NCBI RefSeq assembly: GCF_006345805.1
Contig: NC_043002.1
Span: 48,732,001 to 48,796,000, forward strand
From: Octopus sinensis
Lineage: Eukaryota
Direction: 5' to 3'
Length of the DNA: 64,000 nt
Made by a program: the position numbers and the translations under genes. The notes under the pieces are model-generated. The model was not told the origin of the DNA. It worked only from the letters and a program-made list of their open reading frames with translations, and did no database searches. Shown in pieces: positions 54,041-64,000 of the stretch (the first letter of the stretch is position 1; every line of letters starts with the position of its first letter).

Positions 54041-54274
54041 GGGTGGTCCAAAAGAAGGTTTACAGTTATTCAACTATCTCTTTTGCATTAATATATTAAT
54101 AGTTTAGATCTTAATTATAAAGAAAATATGAAACCATTATTCTATGCTAATTTAGTTAATTTTGTCAAGCTCCCTTTTCAGTTTGTAAGATAGAAATTTA
54201 AATGCAATAAATTGTTTAAAAAGAAATTTAAAGTACCTATGTGATAACTGTAAGCCTACTTTTGGGCCACCCTG
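54039..54274. mobile_element. Tc1/mariner-type MITE inserted in (TA)n
   Basis: About 30-bp TIRs agggtggtccaaaagaaggtttacagtt / aactgtaagcctacttttgggccaccctg, TA flanks. Confidence 0.75.
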
Positions 54275-56950
54275 TATATAGATATCAACATAAAAGTATG
54301 AGAGTTGAATATATATTTAGTGAACCATGTGACTTCCATTGGATTATGATGGTTTTGCAACTGCTGGTGTAACCATGATGTTCCAGTGATCTAATGAGCA
54401 CACTTTCTTTATTTGCATTAATTTGTGAATAGGCAAATATATTGTATAATGCTGAGCATACATATGTAAATATGTATGCATAATTTCATCCATGCAACAC
54501 ACAACACTCACACAATTACACACAATACTCATACATTTACACACAAATCACTTTAATGTCCATTTTTCTATGATTAGATGTTTCAGATAAAATCAGTCAA
54601 GACAGATTTTCCATAGCCAGATATCCTTGTCATCAACTTGCACTGTTTCCAAGTAAAGTCATATTTTCCCAAATTCTTTGAAAGCAAACAACATTACAAT
54701 GGTCAGATATGAGTCACTGGTTGCTAACAAATATCACCACATATGGTGATGATGCTTATTTACAGCTTGTACATGATGTCATGACAAGGAGGCACAAGCT
54801 GGCCTCTGTGCCGATGGCATGTTAAAAACACCATTTGAGCGTGATTGTTACCTGCATCACCTTACTAGCACTTACTAGCGAGGTCGTTGCCAGTGCTGCT
54901 GGTGGCACATAAAAAAACACCATTTGAGCATGGTCATTGCCAGTACTGCCTGACTGGCCCTCGTGCCAGTGGCACATAAAAGCACCCACTACACTCTCGG
55001 AGTGGTTGGCATTAGGAAGGGCATCCAGCTGTAGAAACTCTGCCAGATCAGATTGGAGTCTGGTGCAGCCATCTGGTTCGCCAGACCTCAGTCAAATCGT
55101 CCAACCCATGCTAGTATGGAAAGCAGACGTTAAACGATGATGGTGATGATGATGATACATCTATATATAGCATGTGCTTCCATCTAATCCACTCTCAAGA
55201 CTTTGTTCAACTTAGGGTCACAGTAGAAGCTGCTGTGTAGTGGAGACTGAATCTGAAATGATGTGTAGCAAAGTGAACATGTTAAACACATACCTATATC
55301 TGTGTCTACCAACTCAGTCTGTTTGATCCCAGCAAGTAGAAACTGTTCTGAGTATGGAAGCAGATATTGAAAGCAGGAACAACCAGAAAAATCTGATTTC
55401 TTTCTCTGACATATATTTTAAGCTAATGAGACATAAACACACCCAACACACATGTGCACACACACACGCACATCTATGATGGGTTTACTTCTCAACAAAT
55501 TGCTTGGAGTCTTCACTGTGTTTACTTATGACTAAATCGTCTTTTCATGCAATTGAAACTAGTACCATATTTTGATAAAAATGTAAATACTTTCTTTTAT
55601 CCATGAAAAAGTTCTTAGAGAATTTTCTTCTTTTTGTTTTTTGTGGCTGTGTAGTAAGGAGTTAGCTTCTCAACCACATGGTTCTGGATTTACTCCCACT
55701 GCAAGGCACATTGAGCAAGTGTCTTGTACTATAGTTTTGGGCCGACCAAAGCCTTGTGAGTGGATTTGGTAGATGGAAACTGAAAGAAGCCTGTTATGTG
55801 TATATATGTATGTGTGTGTGTATGTGTGTGTGTGTGTGTGTGTTTGTGTCTTTGTATCCATGTTTATTCCCCACCACCACTAGGCAACTGGTGTTGGTGT
55901 GTTTATGTCCCCATAACTTAATGGTTTGACAGACAAAAGAGACTAATAGAATAAGTAAGAAGCTTAAAAAGAATACAAGTACCGGGGTCGATTAGTTTGA
56001 CAAAAATTTCTCACGACAGTGCCCCAGAATGGCCACAGTCTAATAACTGAAGCAAGTAAAAGGTACACACACACATGCATGCACACACAAATATACATAA
56101 ATATATAGATATATATTTTTTTGACCATCTATTGTATTGCAATAGTTAAAAATACAAGACTAAGATAGTCAGCATTTATTATAAACCACTAGGTTATTCA
56201 AGTATCTTATAAGTACTTTTAAATAATACCTCTAAATACAGAAATATTTTTAAAAGGAAACTAAAAACAAATCCACATATGAAATATCCCTGAGAATAAC
56301 TTAAATTTAAAAACCATTTATAGTAAAAGATGTTTTTAAAATCTCATAACAACCTATTCAAATCATCATTCTTCCAAACAGCAAACTCATTTAACAATGG
56401 GCTTATTCTAGAAATTATTTCCCATAAGTAATACATTTAAAGAAATATTTACTTTGTATAGTCAGTAAATTTCAACAAAAAAGACAATATTTTGAAAAAA
56501 AAAAGAAGGAAAAAAGAAAAAGAAAACAGAAAGAAACCCAAAAAACAGCAAAGAGAATATTCTAGACTCTGTGACTTTACCCTCATCCCCACCTTAATAA
56601 CACCAACTGAATAATGGCATGAGACTAGCAAAACATGTTTTCATAGGTGAGTTATCAGAAATTTTGCTATCTGCTGGTGTCCTGCTAGTTCTATGTGCTA
56701 TACTCATAACTTCTACAACCAGACATGCCATTCATTTTGAGTGCTAAATTAAATCAAATATTTGCAATGAATTGCAAATTAATTCTCCATAAATTGGCCA
56801 TGACATGTCATTAAACAAGTCCAGCAAATTACCCTTCATTGCTCGTCAATTAGGAGCTCCCAGTAGATCTGCAGTTTGTGAGACAAGAAGCAAAGGAAGA
56901 TGATGCAGCAGAGCAGGAGAGAAATGATAATAATAATAATAATAATAATA

Positions 56951-56989
<39 letters not shown>

Positions 56990-59364
56990 GAATAAGGTGG
57001 TGAGAGTCAGAAGAGTGAAGATAGCAGGCGTAAGCTGATGTGACAGTTGAAGGAAAGTAGCCCAATTTACTTCTAGCTTCTGTTTGTCTGATCATCCCAA
57101 AGTTATCTCAATGAAGTATGTATTGCCATCAATTTATTTATGTATTTATAAAAAAAACTTGCCATAAAATTTGGAAAAAAAAAATCTATATTAAAATATT
57201 ATTGGCATTACTCAAATAGTGTTCAAAATTAGCCAGTGGGAAGAAAAAAACCCCGAACATACAAATATGAATATGATAAAAAAAAAATAACATGTAAATA
57301 TAATGGAATGAAAAATACCCATATCTAGATATATTGTTGAAAAAAAAAATGAAAAGAAAAACCCAAACAAAAAGATGAAAATAAAAATAACCAAACCTAA
57401 ATATATGGATGGAGAAAACAGATATTAATAATAAATATATTGATTTGGGGGAAAATTTAAAGAAAAATAAATTTGTTTTGCTTTGAAATCAAACTGAAGT
57501 TGTGCAAGTGTATATTCAGATTATGTTGCTGATGTTGCTGCTGCTACCACCACCATCACTACCTCCACGGTTGCTACTGCTGGTGCTCTTCTTTTTCTTT
57601 GTATGTATGTCTTTACACTATTTCTGTATTATTTTTGTGTTTTTTAACCTTTCCTTGCCTGTTTATGCTGACACTGAAATACTTTTCAATTATTTTATAA
57701 AAAAAAAAAATTCTTATTCAAATTTACCTTATTATAAGGTTCAACATACCCTATTTCAATACCCAAGATATGTCATCACTGTAGATGTTTAAGTGTTTAT
57801 GTGTGCGCACACACACACACACACACACACACTCGCTCACTCACTTACTCACTCACATACACACATATATATTTACAATTGCTAGAATCAAACTATGATT
57901 GTTAAAGGTAGGTTTTTTTTTTTAAACATAGTGATGGAAGATACAGAAGCCGTTCATCTGATATCATTAGATTACATATAAGGTCAGAGAGGAATTAATC
58001 AAAATAGAGAGCTAAATAGAAGGTAATTATATGACTGTTTCTTACTCTGGTCAGAGTAATGTCCTTTATTATGAAATATATGCTGCTGTATCTATGTGAC
58101 TTTGCATGTATAAATAACAACATATCACAGTTTTACTTATATTGTGTGTGCATGTGTGTGCCAATTTTGTTGCTGTTTAGCCCTAGGACAGCCCCAATGA
58201 AGTTGACCTTCAATCAAAGGCTGTTTGACCATTCCATCATATCAAGGTTATGAAGGACTACATTATGTAATGTGTCTGTTTCTTTCCAAAGGTGGCTGGG
58301 TATGATCTGCAGAAAATTTGACTGGTATTTCTAGCTGGTTGAGCAACCTTGTAGATGCTCTTTTGCTGGCTCATGCATGTGTGTATTTATAATAGTAAGT
58401 TCATTATGTTTCTTGTAAGCAAAGCAATGTATCTTTCTTATGGGTCCTAAAATATGCATTATTGTAGAGATTTGTGGCTCATCAGTTGTATTACTGTGGA
58501 AATTAATGGAGCATTTGATACTTTGTTGTAAAAGAAGGATGAGTGCTGTATCCAAATGTACAGAGCACTCCAAGTTAGTTGAAACCATAGAAGAAGACCA
58601 AGGAAAACTTTGGCTGAAGAAGTGAAGGTTGACCTGAAGTTGCAATTACTCACAGAGGAAATGACAAAGGACTGCAAAGATTGGTGATATTCAGTGCTAT
58701 AGAAGACCAGTCCATTCATGGTAAAATGCATCCTAACACCACAGTAATGTCTATATGTATATGTATGTATGTGTGTGTGTATATATATGTGTGTGTGAGT
58801 GTGTTTGTGTGTATGTGTGCATAAATGCACATGTCTGCTTACACATGCATGTATGCACACACACATATCATCATCCTTTAAAATTCGTTTTCTATGCTGG
58901 CATTGGTTACATAGTTTTACCAGAGCTGGCAAGCAGGAAACTGCACCAGGTTCCATACATCCACACACATACATAAACAGTTAAATGCAAACTCTTTCTC
59001 ATAAACTAGTAATTATACAGCAAATCAAAATCAATTTCAAAGTCTGTCCTCTGCACAACAAGAATTCGCAAATTTCTAAATCTACTTTATATATATATAT
59101 ATATATATATATTTATCAATATTTATACATGTATATGTATATATCAATAAATAATAAATCTCTGGGCGAGGTATAAACAGTGGCCACACGACATCATGAA
59201 GTATATTTGCCATCTAAATGAGGTAAACCCTTAAGGGTTGATGCTACTGTAGCTTGTAGCCCCAGGAAGACATCTCCTCTGGCTGGCTATTGACACACAC
59301 ACTATCTGTGCCCTATCAGTATTTGCAAAGGGAAATTATTGTTCCCATTTCCAGCCTGACATGA

Positions 59365-59411
59365 TACACATGGACCTGAGTTTCTGGGTATTGACCCCTC
59401 ATCAGTGTGTG
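59365..59411 (-). ncRNA. type-I hammerhead-ribozyme-like motif with intact CUGAUGA/GAAA core and GUC triplet
   Basis: Minus strand reads ACACA-CUGAUGA-gGGGU-CAAU-ACCCa-GAAA-C-UCAG-G-UC-ca-UGUGU. Confidence 0.6.
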
Positions 59412-59499
59412 ACAACCACCAGTAGGCAATGCGAAGTGATTCTCAGTGCTTTTAATAGTGGCCCTTTCAGATATGCCCTCAGCTACCTAGATAGCCACC

Positions 59500-60410
59500 C
59501 TTGGCTAGCTATGCAGACAATATGAAAGTCTTGCAGAAAATACAGTACCCCAGCGATGTTGTACACCTGCAGCAGGAGTTGGACTCAATTTACAGATGAT
59601 CTGAGGACAATATTATGCAGTTTAAGCCCTGTGCTACCAGCGTTGAAGACCGAATATAAAACTTACAGGGTACACTGGTTCACAGGAGATTACAATCCCA
59701 GAGCCTAAATCAGTGAAAGACCTAGGTATCTACATGAGTGATGATACCTTTTCCGAAGTGTACATTACCAGGATGGTGACAAAGTGCAGAAGACTGGCTA
59801 GCTGGATCTTGAGAACATTCAGGACCAGAGAGAAGGAAACCATGATGGTCTTCTGGAGGACATTCATCCTCAGCCGCTTGGACTATTGCTTCCAACTATG
59901 GTCATCCAACAATGTAAAATTAACAGCAGACCTTGAACCAATCCAGTGAAGCTTCACAAAGAAGATCATCTCGTTGCAACAGCTCAGTGACTGGGAAAGG
60001 CTGAAACAGCTCAGACTCTACTGGAACGAAGGTGGGAGAGGTATGCAGTAATATACATGTGGAAGATCCTGGAAAGAATTGTGCCAAATTTTGGCATTGA
60101 AAGCTACACCAATGCCAGAATGGATCAACACAGCAGAGTGCCAAAGATCCCAGTAACGCCATCATGCTTCAGGACCAGCTACTGCCACAGCCTGGGTTTC
60201 AGAGGCCCACAGCTTTTTAATATCCTCCCAAAGAGCCTGAAGTGGATGTAGATGTTTTCAAATCAAAATTGGACCGCTTCTTGTCAAGAGTCCTAGATGA
60301 ACCTATCTTGCAGCAAGAGGTGCAAATGAGGGTAGCAACATCCCTTATGCACTAAATGCCAAGTATTAGAGGAGGCACTCAATAATGGCTGCAACACTGA
60401 GCTGAAGATA
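59500..60410 (+). mobile_element. CR1/L2-group LINE 3' fragment (degenerate RT C-terminus)
   Basis: SYADNMK (YADD remnant), KDLGIYM, WILRTFRTR, FILSRLDYC.QLWS, RRWERYAVIYMWKIL, GPQLFNILPK. Confidence 0.82.
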
Positions 60411-60436
60411 CAAAGAAAAAATATATATAAATAAAT

Positions 60437-60475
<39 letters not shown>

Positions 60476-60858
60476 CAATTAAAGGTATCTAAGAGATAGC
60501 AGCCAAAACTCAACTCTGATACCACATTAATTATAATTTTAATAATAATTATTATCTTTGAGGTTTTTATTCCCATGCTAGCCACCTGATAAGATCGGTA
60601 TTATATAAATATATACATATAAATAAACATTTATATATATCTATCAATAAATAAATATATATATATATAAATAAATATTCGTATATATACATATATATAT
60701 ATATATGTATACACACATTGTATACCACCACAACGTTAAGGTGTGTGTATATATATATATATAAATACACTTATATATATCTACATATATCTATATATAT
60801 ATATATATATGTATATTTCAGGGAGAGAGAATTATATTGGTTACAGATATAAGGTGTT

Positions 60859-60890
<32 letters not shown>

Positions 60891-60928
60891 AATACACACA
60901 TATATATATATATATATCTAAATATGTG

Positions 60929-60982
<54 letters not shown>

Positions 60983-61612
60983 ATAAATACACACATATAT
61001 ATATATATCTAAATATGTGTATATGTCTATATATATATGTACATATAAATATGTGTGTATATATGTATATATGTATATATGTTTGCTACTATACATTTAA
61101 TGTTGATGTTTATTATGTTTATTATTATCATTATTATTCACAGTTAATATTTTGTATCATTATTGGTATTATTATTAAATATGTATTATATAATCAGATA
61201 GAGCAAGTGGGGTAGGTATGTGGTTATAATGGAGTAAAAATAAAAATTCCTCCAGCTAAATAAAAGCAAACACAACTTCAGCCACATTGGTAACAACATC
61301 AAGAAAGAATAAAAATAAATATAAACTATATTTCAGTTTTATTTACTTCCTATTAGATTCTCTAACCTTACAGACTGTTTGATAATATTAGCTTAAAAAA
61401 AAAAGACATGGAAACATAACAAATATTTTTGATAAATATTTCTGCTTATTTTATGCATCCACATATATAAAAACACATACATATGTATAGATTTTTCTCC
61501 TTTTTCTTTTTGACTGGCTTCAATATGAATTGTCATCATCATTACTATCATCATTACAATAAGCACCACTACTGCCATCATCATCATCAACATCAGTAGC
61601 ATTACCATCTCT

Positions 61613-61647
<35 letters not shown>

Positions 61648-62489
61648 AATTATCACTATCATCATCGCCATCATTAAGGTGGTGAGCTGGCAGAAATGTT
61701 AGCACACTGGGTGAAATGCATAGTGGTATTTCGTCTGTCTTTACGTTCTGAGTTCAAATTCCACCGAGGTCGACTTTCCCTTTCATCCTTTTGAGGTCGA
61801 TATATTAAGTTCCAGTTACGCACAGGGGTTGATCTAATCGACTGGGTCCTTCACCCACCCCAACAAAAATTTTAGGGTTTGTGCCTAGGCTAGAAATGAA
61901 TACCATCATTGCCATTATTATAATCATCTTCATTATCATTATCATCATTATTCATTTTTGTTTAAATGTTCACTTTCGCATTCTTTCATGGGTCTGGTGG
62001 AATTTGTTGAGGAAGATAATTCACAGCCAGATGTCCTTCCTGTTACCAACCCTCACTTGTTTCAAAACATGGAACTAGTTCTCCATTGTGAGACATGTTT
62101 TCTCGGAAGATTGGAAATGAAACAACAATACATGTATGACAGAGACCAGTTACAGCTATTACATAATGTCAATGCAAGAAGACACAAATACACACATGCA
62201 CACACACACACACGCACTCATGCATACATGCATGCACACACATACATGCATGCACACACATACATGCATGCACACACATACATGCATGCACACACATACA
62301 TATAAGCTGGTGGCATCTAAAAAAGCTTCCAGCACACTCTATAAAGTGGTTGGCATAGAAACCATGTCATAGGAGACAATTTGAGCATTGTCAGCTTTCT
62401 TTCTGACCAACTCCTGTGACACCACCCAATCCATGCCAGCATGGGAAACGGATGATAAAAGATGATGATGATGATGTTGATGATGCACA

Positions 62490-62521
<32 letters not shown>

Positions 62522-62561
62522 ACACACACACACAACACACACATGCATAACACACAACACA

Positions 62562-62622
<61 letters not shown>

Positions 62623-62824
62623 CTGTCTTTCAGTTTCTGTCTACTAAATTCACTGACTAGTTTGATCAGCCCAAGGCTATAGCAGCATCAGACACTTATT
62701 TAAGCTGCCAGGCAGTGGGATTGAACTCCAAAACCATGCGGTTGAGAAGAGAATTTCACACATACACACACACACAAGTACGTACATATATTTATATATG
62801 TGTATGTTCTTTTATATAGACACA

Positions 62825-62869
<45 letters not shown>

Positions 62870-62871
62870 TA

Positions 62872-62905
<34 letters not shown>

Positions 62906-63025
62906 TGTGTGTATATATATATATGTATATATATATATGCATGTGTATATGTATATATATATGTATATATATTATATATATATATATGCATGTGTATATA
63001 TGTATATATATATGTATATATATAT

Positions 63026-63104
<79 letters not shown>

Positions 63105-63864
63105 ATATATATATATGTATATATATGTGTGTGTGTGTGTGTATATATGTATGTGTATATATATATATATATATGTATGAATATACAGTATGCATTCAGT
63201 TCCTAAGATAATTGACTCAGTTGAAGAGAAATCCTTGTTAAAGAAATTATTCCTTCCCTGGCAAGAGTGGAAAGAAAAATTGCTGGCAACCAAATAATTT
63301 ACGCCTTTATTTTTGACATCTATTATTTTTTGCTTCTTCCCTATTTCTTATTTTAAATATCTGAAACATACTGCAATTTGATTCTTGGAAATTGTATTCC
63401 CTAAGAATTTATTCCTGAATATGTTTTAAAAAATATTTTTCTTACATATTGTTGTTCATGATAATTGAAGAAGTCAGAAATATCGGTTTCAAACTTAGAA
63501 ATAATGGATTCAGAAGATGCCACAGATATATTTTGATACAGATGAAGGGGCCAAAGTGAATAACTGTAAAATACAGTGCAGAATAGAAAAAAAATACAGG
63601 CAACTGTGTCTGTCAATGCACAATTGATTATGAATGATGATACACACAAACACACACTCACACACACACACACATACACACACACACACACATGCATTGA
63701 TAGATAGATATAAATAGAGAGAGATAAATTGACATGTGTATGTGTGTGTGTCTCTGTGTGCGTGTGTATAGATAGACGAACCGATAACAAATAGATAAAA
63801 TAAATAGATAGAGAGGTAAATAGATAGTAGACAGGTTAATGTATATGGTTGTGTGTGTGTGTGT

Positions 63865-63909
<45 letters not shown>

Positions 63910-64000
63910 CACACACACAGATACCAGCATGATTAAAGCTGCATCGTTGAGACATAAAAAAATATATTTGTACATATGGAAGACAGCTTTTCTTTTAAAC

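Noticed and set aside
61520-61705. Poly-Asp and poly-Met ORFs
   Set aside because: (CAT)n microsatellite translation.

Overview
AT-rich, microsatellite-dense eukaryotic DNA. The SINE/LINE complement suggests an octopod cephalopod (inference). The one supportable host gene is a minus-strand bHLH-PAS transcription factor of the trachealess/NPAS1-3 family. Eight coding exons (27991 down to 10421) splice in frame through canonical GT-AG sites into 774 codons plus stop, covering the second half of PAS-A, PAS-B/PAC and a long C-terminal tail. I could not find the bHLH or first PAS-A exons, so 28-64 kb is probably one intron of at least 36 kb. The rest is mobile DNA: degenerate mariner/Tc1 elements, a 4.2-kb RTE LINE, RTE, CR1 and Penelope-like remnants, several tRNA-derived SINE families, and Merlin-, piggyBac- and Tc1-type MITEs. 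Best leads: hammerhead-ribozyme-like motifs (one intact-core motif on the gene's strand next to a CR1 fragment), a PHD finger inside the RTE reverse transcriptase, a candidate alternative first exon or micro-exon in frame with PAS-A, a decayed copy of a PAS-A exon, and near-perfect long hairpins. Almost all ORFs in the supplied track are microsatellite or repeat artefacts.
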